Assembly (NCBI GenBank): GCA_965222605.1
Contig: OZ244960.1
Coordinates: forward strand, 672,001-736,000
Origin: Candidatus Latescibacterota bacterium
GTDB taxonomy: Bacteria > Latescibacterota > UBA2968
Direction: 5' to 3'
Length of the DNA stretch: 64,000 nucleotides
Below, in pieces: positions 30,149 to 43,346 of this stretch. How positions within the stretch are numbered: position 1 is the stretch's first letter; every line of letters starts with the position of its first letter. Under the pieces are notes generated by a model. It ran no database searches. It was given only the letters and a program-made list of their open reading frames with translations, and was not told the DNA's origin. A program made the position numbers and the translations under genes.

Positions 30149-32575
30149 TCACTCATCTCGTAACGCATCCGCCGGGTTTGCGCGTACAGCTTTGAGGGTT
30201 TGGGTGGTGACAGTTGTGAGTACGATGAGGAACAGGACAAGGCTGCCGAGTAAAAATGTGCCAATACCCAGTTCAGTGCGATAGGCGAAAGTTTGTAACC
30301 ACTGATTGGTCGCGTAATAGGCGATTGGGAATGCGATAAAGCTTGATAGGGCAATGTAGAGGACAAATTCCCGTGAGAGCAGGGATAAGATTTGCGTTTG
30401 CGATGCGCCCAGGACTTTGCGAATGCCGATTTCTTTGGTGCGTCTGGCTGTGGCGAGTGCAGCGAGTCCGAATGCGCCGAGTGCGGCGATGAAGATGGCG
30501 AATCCTGTGGCGTATTGAATCATGAGGTTCCATCGTTCTTCTTTATGATATTGTCTGTCTATGTTTTCATCGACAAACGAAAATATGAATTCCAGAGCGG
30601 GTGCGATTTCTTCCCATTTTTCTTTCATAAATGCGATGGTGCCGGGCACATTTTCGGGATGGATGCGAACCAACAGGCTATGATGGCTAATTGTGGAGAG
30701 GGGCATAATGACAGGCCCAATTTCGTGATGCAAAGAGCGAAAATGAAAGTCGCCAACGACGCCAATGATTGTCCTGGTGCGTGAAATAATACGCTTTTCG
30801 TGTGGTTTATTTTTTTGCGAGACTTTTCGGACCTCTTTGATCGTTTTGCCAATCGGGTCTTCTATACCCAGTTTCTCGACCAGCGCCTCGTTGACGATGA
30901 TTGATCTTCTTTGATCGGTTGGAAATTCTTCAGAATATTCCCGACCAGCAATGAGTTTTATGTCGAATGTCTTGAACACATCGTAAGCAATAGACATCAT
31001 TTCAACCGGTTGTTCTTGAATGTCTTCATAACTCACAAAAATATTAGGAGGACGCGGAGACGCGAACATATTGCCGGATAAATCGCCACCATCAAACCAG
31101 GTTGTGCTGATCACTCCCAGATAAGACTGTAGCGCATCCCGAAAAACAGGGGGCAGGTTTCTGTATTCCGGTCTGAAGACCATATAAAAGGTCGAAATCG
31201 AGACGAGGTGTTCGGCCTGGAACCCCAGGGGTTTGGTTCGCAAATAAGCGAGTTGTTTGCCCATCATCAGGGTGGTGATGATAAAAAATATGGATAGGGC
31301 AAACTGAAAAATGACCAAAACGCTACCAAAGCGATTGCCCGTTTTGACTTTCAATCGGCTCGCTATAATTTGGGTCGGCTGCAATCGGGATAGCACAAAG
31401 GCGGGATAACCCCCTGCTGTGATGCCAGCTACAGTGATAAGTAGAACGAGAAATGTGAGTGTTGTGAGATTGAGGCCGTCGCTCATGGACAGGGATTGAC
31501 GAGATAGGGTATTGAATGTTGGCAGGGCGAGTTCTGCGATGGTGATGCCAGCAATGCACGCGATGGTAATGAGTAAGAGCGATTCGCCGATAAATTGTTT
31601 TGCGATCTGCATGCGTCCTGCGCCGACGACTTTTCGCAAGCCGACTTCTCGCGCCCGCGTTGCCTGCCGTCCGAGGGTCAGGGTAGTGAAGTTGACACAG
31701 GCGATAAATAGCACGAGTAGTGCTATGCCCGATAAGATGTACGTATAAATGGGATTGCTGGCATTCGAGGTCTGGACAATTGGATTAAAGTGCATTTGTG
31801 TGAGTGGCTGAAGTTTGAGTTGGTTTTCGTTCTTTTCTCCCCACCAGATTTTGGTCCATTTGGGAAATTGCTGTTCAAGGCTATTGGGATTTACATTTGG
31901 CGCGAGTAGCATATACGTGTCCGTCCTGAAGAAGTTATTGTCTGTTATCCCGAGTTGTTCAAAGGGCAGTAGCATGTCAAATTGAAGCGTAGAGTTTTTG
32001 GGTAAGTCTTTTAGAATGCCCATGACGGTGTAATTTTTAATTTCGTTTTTACGCTGTGTGGGATTGAAACGCTGAATGGTAATCACCTCGCCAATCGCAT
32101 TGGCATCTTTGAAATACTTTTGAGCAATTCTTTCGGTTATAAGCGCGGAATACTTGTCTTGAAGAGCAGCCTTGCCACGGATGACTGGAAATGAAAATAT
32201 TTCGAGGCAGTTGGGATCGACATAACGCCACGAAGCTCGAAAAGCCCGATCTTCTGTGCCAATTTTTCCAAATCCCACCGCTAAACGAGATGTCTGCATT
32301 TCGGGGAATGCCTCCCTCAGTGACGCACCGTCAGAGACTCGGGGCTTCTCTGCGATTCCGGATGGCGTCTGCGCATAAACCCGATAGATGCGGTCGGCGT
32401 TTTTGTGAAAGGTGTCGTAGGTCCATTCGTGATGGACAAAGAGGAAGGTGATCATGCAGAATGCAAGGCCGATGGCGAGGCCGATGATGTTGATGGCGGA
32501 GTAGATGCGATGTCTGGCGAGGCTGCGGATCGCCGTTTTCAGGTAGCTATAAAATAAAGACATTTCACCGAACAT
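30149..32575 (-). CDS. MacB/FtsX-type ABC transporter permease (duplicated)
   Basis: SAINIIGLAIGLA, RAREVGLRKVVGA, RRTKEIGIRKVLGAS, ANPADALRDE. Confidence 0.9.
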   Translation of the reverse strand: MFGEMSLFYSYLKTAIRSLARHRIYSAINIIGLAIGLAFCMITFLFVHHEWTYDTFHKNADRIYRVYAQTPSGIAEKPRVSDGASLREAFPEMQTSRLAVGFGKIGTEDRAFRASWRYVDPNCLEIFSFPVIRGKAALQDKYSALITERIAQKYFKDANAIGEVITIQRFNPTQRKNEIKNYTVMGILKDLPKNSTLQFDMLLPFEQLGITDNNFFRTDTYMLLAPNVNPNSLEQQFPKWTKIWWGEKNENQLKLQPLTQMHFNPIVQTSNASNPIYTYILSGIALLVLFIACVNFTTLTLGRQATRAREVGLRKVVGAGRMQIAKQFIGESLLLITIACIAGITIAELALPTFNTLSRQSLSMSDGLNLTTLTFLVLLITVAGITAGGYPAFVLSRLQPTQIIASRLKVKTGNRFGSVLVIFQFALSIFFIITTLMMGKQLAYLRTKPLGFQAEHLVSISTFYMVFRPEYRNLPPVFRDALQSYLGVISTTWFDGGDLSGNMFASPRPPNIFVSYEDIQEQPVEMMSIAYDVFKTFDIKLIAGREYSEEFPTDQRRSIIVNEALVEKLGIEDPIGKTIKEVRKVSQKNKPHEKRIISRTRTIIGVVGDFHFRSLHHEIGPVIMPLSTISHHSLLVRIHPENVPGTIAFMKEKWEEIAPALEFIFSFVDENIDRQYHKEERWNLMIQYATGFAIFIAALGAFGLAALATARRTKEIGIRKVLGASQTQILSLLSREFVLYIALSSFIAFPIAYYATNQWLQTFAYRTELGIGTFLLGSLVLFLIVLTTVTTQTLKAVRANPADALRDE

Positions 32576-32641
32576 TGGTTTCTCCTGTGTAGGGATAGGA
32601 CTTGCACCATACAGGTAAAGTGAATCTATAAAAAATATAAA

Positions 32642-32657
32642 GCAATTTCTGTGCCAA
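32642..32657 (-). promoter_or_regulatory. Sigma54 -24/-12 promoter for the ABC permease
   Basis: Minus strand TTGGCAC-agaaa-TTGC, an exact consensus match, with AT-rich upstream DNA. Confidence 0.7.
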
Positions 32658-33025
32658 AACTATCTTCTCTATGTTTTACAATTAGTTACGAAAATTTGTC
32701 TCATGAACAAAGTTTAATAAGTGTCCGATTTTGATACAGTAGTGTCCGAAAATGAACACTTGAAATAAAAACAAGCGTATTGTTTTATTATTGGAAAAAA
32801 TAAAAACCATATCCTGAATGATGTTGTGCGAAATAATTAGCACATAAATTATAAAAAAATAGCCAATTAAAAATTCGTTGTCAAGACCAGCGTGCGGAAT
32901 AATTAGCAGTATTTTTAAATGCACAGAAGGAGCTCCAAAGATATTAAAAAAACGCCTGGTATTGTTTGAATGTATCTCAAGGTCCTTACCCCAATCATAC
33001 CATCCTTCCAATCTCCTCCACATGG

Positions 33026-33066
33026 CAAAAAACGGCGGTGGATATTATTTCCACTGCCGTTTTTTG
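33026..33066 (-). terminator. Intrinsic terminator
   Basis: caaaaaacggcggtgga...tccactgccgttttttg. Confidence 0.7.
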
Positions 33067-33089
33067 ATCATTGCAACTAAATTTGAAAA

Positions 33090-33587
33090 TCAGAGTTGAA
33101 AATTTAATCCAACAGAGAAAGGTTGCTCGAGGATGCCTTCCGCCTTTGCTATGGGAATTGTCCAGAATGTATTGAGATTCAGGGCAATCCGATTAGACAA
33201 AGAAATAAGCGCCCCGATCTTTGGTTGAAAGAAAACGCCGGAATTTGCAGGTCGGTAAATCGTACCACCAGAAAGGGTATAATAAAATCTAAATCGCCCC
33301 ACAATCTTATGAACATTGCGAATACCCACACCAAGCGTAAACTGACGCCTACCATCTGGTTCCCCTGGAAGTTTGATTATCTGATCACCATAAGCCATTG
33401 CAACTTCCAGGCCAATAGATGGTTTCAGTCCCAATATGCCCAAGAGCTTTATTCGAGATTGGTAACCATTAGCCGGCGAATTTGCAAATTCCCCCTCTAC
33501 ACCGACATAGTTGTGTTTCATCTCTGCGGCAGCAAGCGGACTGGATAGAAGCATCAAAAATATTAAAAAAAAGAGTAAATTTTTCAT
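33090..33587 (-). CDS. Small secreted beta-barrel-like hypothetical protein
   Basis: Signal peptide, amphipathic strands, ends VGLNFQL; SD GGAGG. Confidence 0.55.
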   Translation of the reverse strand: MKNLLFFLIFLMLLSSPLAAAEMKHNYVGVEGEFANSPANGYQSRIKLLGILGLKPSIGLEVAMAYGDQIIKLPGEPDGRRQFTLGVGIRNVHKIVGRFRFYYTLSGGTIYRPANSGVFFQPKIGALISLSNRIALNLNTFWTIPIAKAEGILEQPFSVGLNFQL

Positions 33588-33758
33588 CTATAGCACCTCC
33601 CTTTCAGGCTTGGCGATTCGGGTTTAGAATTATTTTTTTTCAAGTATAAGGGATAGGTTGCAAAAAATAGAACGAACACTCCAGACACCCGCCCTGCACG
33701 AACGAAAAACTTCACGCTATCATTCGCCGCGAATAATAAAATTATGATAAGTTCGTGT

Positions 33759-34028
33759 TCAAGTATCCAATTGGTCCCAATCTGGTGGCGTTTGGTCGGG
33801 GATTTGTTTTTTCATAACAGCGTCAAACGCCTCCAGAATTTCTCGTTTGTCTTTGCCTGCATATTGGTTTTGAAAAAAGGCTGTGGTTTCAAGTTCGGCA
33901 ATTTCGCGCGCAAAAGCATAAATCGCAAACTGATTCATAGACACGCCCTGTTTTTCGGCTGTCCTTTCTATTCTCTCTTTGAGGTCCTTCGGCACGCGAA
34001 TGGTCAATACGTGATTCTTTTTATTCAT
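33759..34028 (-). CDS. Ribbon-helix-helix antitoxin (HicB-like)
   Basis: LTIRVPKDLKERIERTAEKQGVSMNQF; overlaps PIN gene stop. Confidence 0.75.
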   Translation of the reverse strand: MNKKNHVLTIRVPKDLKERIERTAEKQGVSMNQFAIYAFAREIAELETTAFFQNQYAGKDKREILEAFDAVMKKQIPDQTPPDWDQLDT

Positions 34029-34458
34029 AACGTTGTCTCCAATATCGAACAAATTGAGCTGGCGTAATGATATCGAACTGGTCAAATCTCAATTCCGTTC
34101 CTTTTGTAAAGTCATCAACATTTTGAGTAATGACATATCGCACATTGCTTGCAAAAGCCAGATCAATAAACATATTATCGTTCTCATCACGAAGATTGGG
34201 TCGCATGAGAAAGTAGATGGGAACAGGCTTGCCAATATACGCTATAAATCGAAGTACCGATTCTATCTCTTCGCGCGTTCGTTTGAGGTCCTGGAGTGTG
34301 TTTGGGCGCAACAAAACATCTGAATATTCTAAAAAGACAGGGATTGATAGGGCCAAATCGAGGCGATAAGCGCGAATGAGTTGTAAAATATAATTTGATG
34401 CACCTGCGATATTTCGCAGTGCCTGGTAGAGGACATTGGTATCCATTACAATTCTCAT
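34021..34458 (-). CDS. PIN-domain toxin
   Basis: IVMDTNVL, LEY, RDENDNMFIDLA, ITQNVDDF. Confidence 0.88.
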   Translation of the reverse strand: MRIVMDTNVLYQALRNIAGASNYILQLIRAYRLDLALSIPVFLEYSDVLLRPNTLQDLKRTREEIESVLRFIAYIGKPVPIYFLMRPNLRDENDNMFIDLAFASNVRYVITQNVDDFTKGTELRFDQFDIITPAQFVRYWRQRYE

Positions 34459-35025
34459 GTCAAAATGGTAGTATATATGCTATCAAGTGTCAAGAAAATA
34501 TTGCGACGAATGCATCAGGAGAAATCGTGCCAAATCTCATTTTTCTGCCTAAAAATAAAAGAGAGGCAAGTCTCCACCGCTCTGTTACGCGACTAATCAG
34601 TCATCTTTTTTCCCTTCCCCGCTCAACCACCATCATCCAAACGCCTGGGCGGAGACACCAGAGCCATACCCCGGGTATAAGCCCAATGCCGAGCGGCTTT
34701 GACGAGCTTTGGATTGCCAGACGCGAGCATTGCATTCATATTTCCCTTTCCATCTGTTATCCCTACTCAATTCAAGCCCCGCGGTTGACTGTGTATCCAA
34801 CAGTCTATATACTATCGGCATAGGATTTGGTGTCCTATGTGTCAGTGCTGCTCTATTCATCCTTACCTTTTTCGAGGACGATAGCAATGGTTGAGACGAT
34901 TATTGGTATGGCTCTGGTCACCGCCTTGTGCTGGGTAGTCGCATTGTTGGTGCGGCGACAGAAAGTAAGACGGTCAGACGATCTTAAAAAATAACACTGA
35001 TCGCTGTCCCATATTGAACAGACCA

Positions 35026-35053
35026 GCCCCCCGAAATACACATTTCGGGGGGC
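35026..35053. terminator. GC-rich hairpin terminator
   Basis: gccccccgaaat-acac-atttcggggggc. Confidence 0.65.
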
Positions 35054-35079
35054 ATTTTTCTTAGCTATTTCAACAGCGA

Positions 35080-36936
35080 TTATTTATACGCGGCCAATTT
35101 CTCCGCAACCAAATCGACCAACTTTTCGCCTCGCAAATTTTTGGCAATAATCTTCCCATTGGGCGCAATCAGAAAAGTAGTTGGCCAGGACACAATCCCA
35201 TAAGCCTTCTCGATTTTCGGATCTGCTATCCCATTGGGATATGGAATTTTGTTCTCCTTGACAAAATCTGCCAAATTTCTCGGATCATCATGAGCCAAAC
35301 CGATAACCTTCAACTCTTCCGAGAAAGATTGAGATAACTTCTTGAGGTGTGGCAATTCATTAAGACAGGGCGCGCACCATGTCCCCCAAAAATCGAGCAT
35401 CACGAATTTGCCACGAAAGTCCGAAAGCCGCAACGAATCGCCATCCACAGTTTGCACAACAAAATCGGGCGCAACGCTGTCTTCTCGCATATCCAGTGCG
35501 TTCAACAACTTTTCAGTTGCACCATGCAAAACCGTTTTGGAATTTGGGTATCTTTGAATAAGCTGATCAATAGCACTTCGGGCAGCAACGGGGTGATCTC
35601 GGTCTCTGTAATGTTGAGCCATACGCCACAGCAAAGATTCCCCTTCTTTGGTGCCAGGTGGCAAGTTGCGTTCATGAACCACCAGAATGCCAGTAAAGTA
35701 AAAAGGTGGTATATTATATTTTTCGCCAAAATGAGGTGCAAAATGGAGGCCCTCGTCAAGACTTAATAGAGTGTGTGAATATGTAGCGTAAGTGCGAAAA
35801 AAAATGGAATTGGGATCTACCTTTTTTACCAATTGCGCCATTTGGCTGAAATAACTCTCATAAACAGAACTTTGATAGTGTTCTCTTATTTTCGTTTCGT
35901 ACTCCTTTTTTTCACTTCTCAACTTTCTCAACTCTCTCCTCACTCTATTATGAGGATGAAATCTATCTAAGAATTCGAACTCTTCTTGCAAGAGGAACTG
36001 CTCAAAATAGGGTGGGTATTGATTCACTATTTCTCGAAGCCTATTTCCCTGGTCAATAAAAGTAGAATCCCAGACATCTGAGCTTCGGAGCATTTTACCA
36101 TAAGAAAGCATACCCTTTTTCCGAATATTCTTCATTTCTTTTACCAATCTCGAGAAGATCGCTTGAAGCTCATTATTAGCAGCAAATTCCGCTCTGGAAG
36201 CTCTTTTGGGGGCATATAAAGAAGGATCGAAAATGATCTCGCCACCTGTATAGACTGAACTAAATCCAATCAGTCTGCTACTCCTCTTTTTTGCATTTGA
36301 ATGTCTTAAATCATAGACCTCACTGTTATTGTTATGTACAATGAAACGATACCCTTCGCCCTCCTGGACCGGATTTTCGCCCGGTAATACCCATACACTG
36401 TCTCTTTTTACCAACTCTACTATATCAGGACTTCTGACGCGCCATCGACAAAACTCACCCCACAGCTTGACCCATTCAATATCATCTTTTTTATTAAGCC
36501 CGAATGGTTCAAGATATGCTTTCACCTCTACTTGTGTGTCAGCATCTGGTACCAGAATGGCCGTCTCCAATATTTCATAACCAAAAGCGGAAACAACGAG
36601 CGTATAAAGTCCTGGTTCGAGATCAAATGCAAAATCCCGGTCATAAATGGTTTGCGAGTTTTTCGGTCTGCGTGTGAAAGGGTACCATTTTGCTGACAAC
36701 AGTGGCTCGATCCCTACAAGAAACGAATCGGGAATCGTTTGACCATTCACATGAATCGTTCCCGATATTTTTGATTTCGAAGGCTTCGCGGGTTTTTGCT
36801 CTTGAGGATGTCCTGTAATCTCTATTGCCCGGTCTTGTGACATAGCGCGCAATGAATCCGTCGATGCTATCACATTGATCGAAAAACACAGCCAGAATAC
36901 CAATGTCATCTTTAATACCATCTCGTGCCCTCGCAA
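35080..36936 (-). CDS. TlpA-family redoxin with long N-terminal extension
   Basis: C-terminal APDF...LDFWGTWCAPC...YGIVSWPT; signal peptide. Confidence 0.8.
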   Translation of the reverse strand: MRGHEMVLKMTLVFWLCFSINVIASTDSLRAMSQDRAIEITGHPQEQKPAKPSKSKISGTIHVNGQTIPDSFLVGIEPLLSAKWYPFTRRPKNSQTIYDRDFAFDLEPGLYTLVVSAFGYEILETAILVPDADTQVEVKAYLEPFGLNKKDDIEWVKLWGEFCRWRVRSPDIVELVKRDSVWVLPGENPVQEGEGYRFIVHNNNSEVYDLRHSNAKKRSSRLIGFSSVYTGGEIIFDPSLYAPKRASRAEFAANNELQAIFSRLVKEMKNIRKKGMLSYGKMLRSSDVWDSTFIDQGNRLREIVNQYPPYFEQFLLQEEFEFLDRFHPHNRVRRELRKLRSEKKEYETKIREHYQSSVYESYFSQMAQLVKKVDPNSIFFRTYATYSHTLLSLDEGLHFAPHFGEKYNIPPFYFTGILVVHERNLPPGTKEGESLLWRMAQHYRDRDHPVAARSAIDQLIQRYPNSKTVLHGATEKLLNALDMREDSVAPDFVVQTVDGDSLRLSDFRGKFVMLDFWGTWCAPCLNELPHLKKLSQSFSEELKVIGLAHDDPRNLADFVKENKIPYPNGIADPKIEKAYGIVSWPTTFLIAPNGKIIAKNLRGEKLVDLVAEKLAAYK

Positions 36937-36975
36937 TTCTATTGCCTGACTAATCGGTCATCTTTATGAGGCAAT

Positions 36976-39684
36976 CTATTCCTTTGGCAATTGAAAGTTG
37001 ATCGGCTGAGTCATCCATACAGCTACGACTTTGCCATTGTGTTCCGCAGGCTTGAACCGCACTTGCGATACCGCATCTATAGCCGCTTGATGAAAGACCT
37101 CTGGCCCTCTCAAAACCCGCACATCGCTCACCGAGCCATCCAAATTAACTATAAACTTCAAAAACACTTTGCCTTCCAAACTATCTCTGAGAGCCTCCTC
37201 GGGGTGCACAGGCTTAACAGAGTGCAGGACCTTGGGCTTTGCCTCAACCATATAAAATTCAAGGACCTTACTACTGTCAGCATCGCCAGATGCAGGCGGC
37301 GTGGTCTGTTGCTTTGGCAACCGAAACGTGACCGGCTGAGTCATCCATACAGCTACGGGTTTGCCATTGTGTTCCGCGGGCTTGAATCGAAATTGTGATA
37401 TCGCGTCTATTGCTGCCTTTTGAAATACCTTCGACCCTGTGGTTCTCAAAACCTTCACATCGCTCACCGAACCATCCACATTAACTATGAACTTCAAAAA
37501 CACTTTGCCTTCCAAACTATCTCTGAGAGCCTCCTCGGGATGCACAGGCTTAACAGCGTGCAGGACCTTGGGCTTTACCTCAACCATATAAAATTCGAGA
37601 ACCTTACTACTGTCAGCATCGCCAGATGCAGGCGGCGTGGTCTGTTGCTTTGGCAATCGAAATATAATCGACTGCTGCATCCGCACGGGCACAACTTTGC
37701 CATTGAGTGTCCCCGGCTTGAATCGATATTGCGAGATCGCGTCTATAGCCGCTTGATGAAATTCCTCCGGCCCTTTCAAAACCTTCACATCGCTCACCGA
37801 GCCATCCACATTGACCTTAAGCTCCAAACGCACAGTAACTCTTGGTGGATACACAAATTTAACAGATTGCAGGAGTTCGGGCTTGGCTTCGACCTCGAAA
37901 AATTCGGGGACCTCAACCTCATTACCATCAGCATCAATTGGCACAGGCGACGTGAGTAGGAGATCCGTGTCCGTGGAACCTAATGAAAACTCAATTGGCA
38001 TAATCATCCACACGGGCACAACTTTGCCATTGTGCTCCGCGGGCTTGAACCGAGATTGCGATATCGCGTCTATCGACGCTTGACGAAAAATCTCTGGTCC
38101 TTTCAAAACGCTCACATCACTTACCGAACCATCCACATTGACTACAACCTTCAAAGTCACTTTGCCTTCTATCCTCTCCTTCCGCGCCTTTTCGGGATAT
38201 ACAGGTGTAACAATATTTATGGGATGGGCCTTTTCTTCAACCTCGTTATAAGCGAGAACCTCAACTCGCCTTCCGAAGCGAAGTAGATATTTGACATTTC
38301 CCTTTATTTCTTCGACCTCATCATAGATTACTTCGATCTCATCATATTTAAGGGCCTCAACCACACTGCTGTCAGTATTGCCAGATACAGATGGCGTGTT
38401 CTGTTGCTCCCTGAAAACTAATGAAAACTCAATTGGCTGAGTTATCCATACAGCCACAACTTTGCCATTGTGCTCCGCGGGCTTGAACCGAAATTGTGAT
38501 ATCGCGTCTATTGCCGCCTTTTGAAATATCGCCTTCCCTTTCAAAACACTCACATCGCTCACCGAACCATCCACATTGACCATAAACTTCAAAAACACTT
38601 TACCAGTTAGACCCGCTTTTCGGGCTATATAAGGATATACTGGCGGAACATCATGTATAAGGACAGGCTCTGTGTCAACCTGGTCAATTTGCATAACGTC
38701 ACTACTATCAGCATCAGGGGATGACTGCGTGTAAGCCTCTCGAATCGAAAAAGGCACAATCGCCAAACCGATGAGAATCGGAATTGCCAACTGCCATTTG
38801 GACCGTTTCACATTGTCCTCCTTGAAATTAAGTACATGCTCCAATCGTTTCTTGAGCGCAGTTCCACGCTCGTTGAAATACAGCGCACTCAGAGCCGGTC
38901 GTCTATCGACAAATCCGAACAAAAGCCGCCCGTATTCAGCAGGCGTCAAATTCGTCTCGCGCAACACCGCCTCGTCACAGCGCAACTCGCGCAAAAAAGT
39001 CAGCCTTCGATTCAGCAGCCAGATTAGCGGATTCACGCAAAACAGCGCCGTTGCTATCGCCTGAAAAATCAGCACCCAGATATCGCGATTATCCCGATGC
39101 GCCACCTCGTGTGCAACAACACCGCGCAACTCCTCGGACGACCAGGATGACCAATGCGCTGGCAAATACAATCTCGGTTTTACAATACCGACCAAAAGCG
39201 GAGAACGCAGACTGGCTTTGGCATAAACCTTCATATCGCGCGTCCCGTTCAGCAATCCCACCTCCCGCGCCAGATCAACCGGCATTGCCAAACTGAGAGC
39301 GCGGTGAAACGCCGCATTCTTCCACAACGTCACACCCGCCCATACCAGAACCGAAATAGTCCACAAACAAAACAGATAAAACGCCAGTGGGAGCGGTGCA
39401 ATTTGCACCGGTGCAACAACCTCGTATCCAGAAACCACATCGGCATAAACAGGTCCAATCGGCACATCGTCGGATACCATCAAAAACTCTGGCAGCGGAA
39501 TAGCGAAAAAAGGCGGCACAAACACCTTCGCCAATGCCAACAAATAGAGGGCATACCGCAACCGCGTATCCAGCGTCATCCAACGATCCACTGCCCACAC
39601 CAGCAAAATGAACAGCGACACTTCGACAAAATGCACCGCATAAAGCGGCCACCACGCCTCGGCCAAACGGATCAACGCATCCAT
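36976..39684 (-). CDS. BlaR1-type M56 metallopeptidase fused to five TonB C-terminal domains
   Basis: HEVAH, NPLIW, RELRCDE, LKKRL; five copies of P.YP...V.VDGSVSDV.VL...AAIDAISQ.RFKP. Confidence 0.9.
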   Translation of the reverse strand: MDALIRLAEAWWPLYAVHFVEVSLFILLVWAVDRWMTLDTRLRYALYLLALAKVFVPPFFAIPLPEFLMVSDDVPIGPVYADVVSGYEVVAPVQIAPLPLAFYLFCLWTISVLVWAGVTLWKNAAFHRALSLAMPVDLAREVGLLNGTRDMKVYAKASLRSPLLVGIVKPRLYLPAHWSSWSSEELRGVVAHEVAHRDNRDIWVLIFQAIATALFCVNPLIWLLNRRLTFLRELRCDEAVLRETNLTPAEYGRLLFGFVDRRPALSALYFNERGTALKKRLEHVLNFKEDNVKRSKWQLAIPILIGLAIVPFSIREAYTQSSPDADSSDVMQIDQVDTEPVLIHDVPPVYPYIARKAGLTGKVFLKFMVNVDGSVSDVSVLKGKAIFQKAAIDAISQFRFKPAEHNGKVVAVWITQPIEFSLVFREQQNTPSVSGNTDSSVVEALKYDEIEVIYDEVEEIKGNVKYLLRFGRRVEVLAYNEVEEKAHPINIVTPVYPEKARKERIEGKVTLKVVVNVDGSVSDVSVLKGPEIFRQASIDAISQSRFKPAEHNGKVVPVWMIMPIEFSLGSTDTDLLLTSPVPIDADGNEVEVPEFFEVEAKPELLQSVKFVYPPRVTVRLELKVNVDGSVSDVKVLKGPEEFHQAAIDAISQYRFKPGTLNGKVVPVRMQQSIIFRLPKQQTTPPASGDADSSKVLEFYMVEVKPKVLHAVKPVHPEEALRDSLEGKVFLKFIVNVDGSVSDVKVLRTTGSKVFQKAAIDAISQFRFKPAEHNGKPVAVWMTQPVTFRLPKQQTTPPASGDADSSKVLEFYMVEAKPKVLHSVKPVHPEEALRDSLEGKVFLKFIVNLDGSVSDVRVLRGPEVFHQAAIDAVSQVRFKPAEHNGKVVAVWMTQPINFQLPKE

Positions 39685-40070
39685 TACGCGCCTCCTTTCT
39701 CCCTCGCCTCAATCAGTGCGCGCAACTCATCCAGCTCTCTATGCGAAAGCTCACCCGAATCCACGAGATAAGTTGCCAGCGCCCCAAAAGACCCCTCGAA
39801 CATGCGCGACACCAGCGTGCGCGTCTCGTCCTGCGCCACATCTTCTCGCGACAGGGTTGGCGTGTACACATTCACCGGACCGATCTTCTGCCGATTGAGC
39901 ACACCCTTTTCAAACAGAATATTCATAATCGTCTGCACCGTCGTATAAGCCTTCTCGCCATTGGGATACAGATAATCGACGACATCGCGCACCGTAACCT
40001 GACGGTCGAGATGCCACACGCCATCCATCACTTCCCATTCGGCCTCAGCCAGTCGTTTCTTCGCAGCCAT
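39684..40070 (-). CDS. BlaI/MecI/CopY-family repressor
   Basis: LAEAEWEVM, AYTTVQTIMNILFEKG, ELDELRALI. Confidence 0.92.
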   Translation of the reverse strand: MAAKKRLAEAEWEVMDGVWHLDRQVTVRDVVDYLYPNGEKAYTTVQTIMNILFEKGVLNRQKIGPVNVYTPTLSREDVAQDETRTLVSRMFEGSFGALATYLVDSGELSHRELDELRALIEAREKGGA

Positions 40071-40086
40071 AAGACCCTCCTTGAAA

Positions 40087-40110
40087 ATATTACTAATTTT
40101 TTAGTAATAT
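40087..40110. promoter_or_regulatory. Putative BlaI-family operator
   Basis: Perfect inverted repeat ATATTACTAA-tttt-TTAGTAATAT, 16 nt upstream of the repressor start. Confidence 0.75.
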
Positions 40111-40156
40111 GACGAACTTATTAGGAGAAGTCAAGCAAAAATCCTATTTTTTAACG

Positions 40157-40196
40157 AAAAAAAGAGCGGCAGGTTGCAAAAACCCACCACTCTTTT
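40157..40196 (-). terminator. Intrinsic terminator after the mini-RNAP gene
   Basis: Minus strand GAGUGGUGGGUU-loop-AACCUGCCGCUC plus U tract; the G-U pairs work only on this strand. Confidence 0.7.
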
Positions 40197-40217
40197 GTGT
40201 GTTCAATCGTCCTCTTT

Positions 40218-43346
<3,129 letters not shown>

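Noticed and set aside
32682-33023. 113-aa ORF in the AT-rich tract
   Set aside because: Low-complexity composition, no SD or motifs; more likely regulatory DNA.
34515-34533. Second sigma54 promoter upstream of the PIN toxin
   Set aside because: The -24 TTGGCAC is present but the -12 element reads CTCC rather than TTGC.
36991-38600. DGR template/variable repeats
   Set aside because: The repeats are in-frame TonB-C domains, differences are not adenine-specific, and no reverse transcriptase is present.
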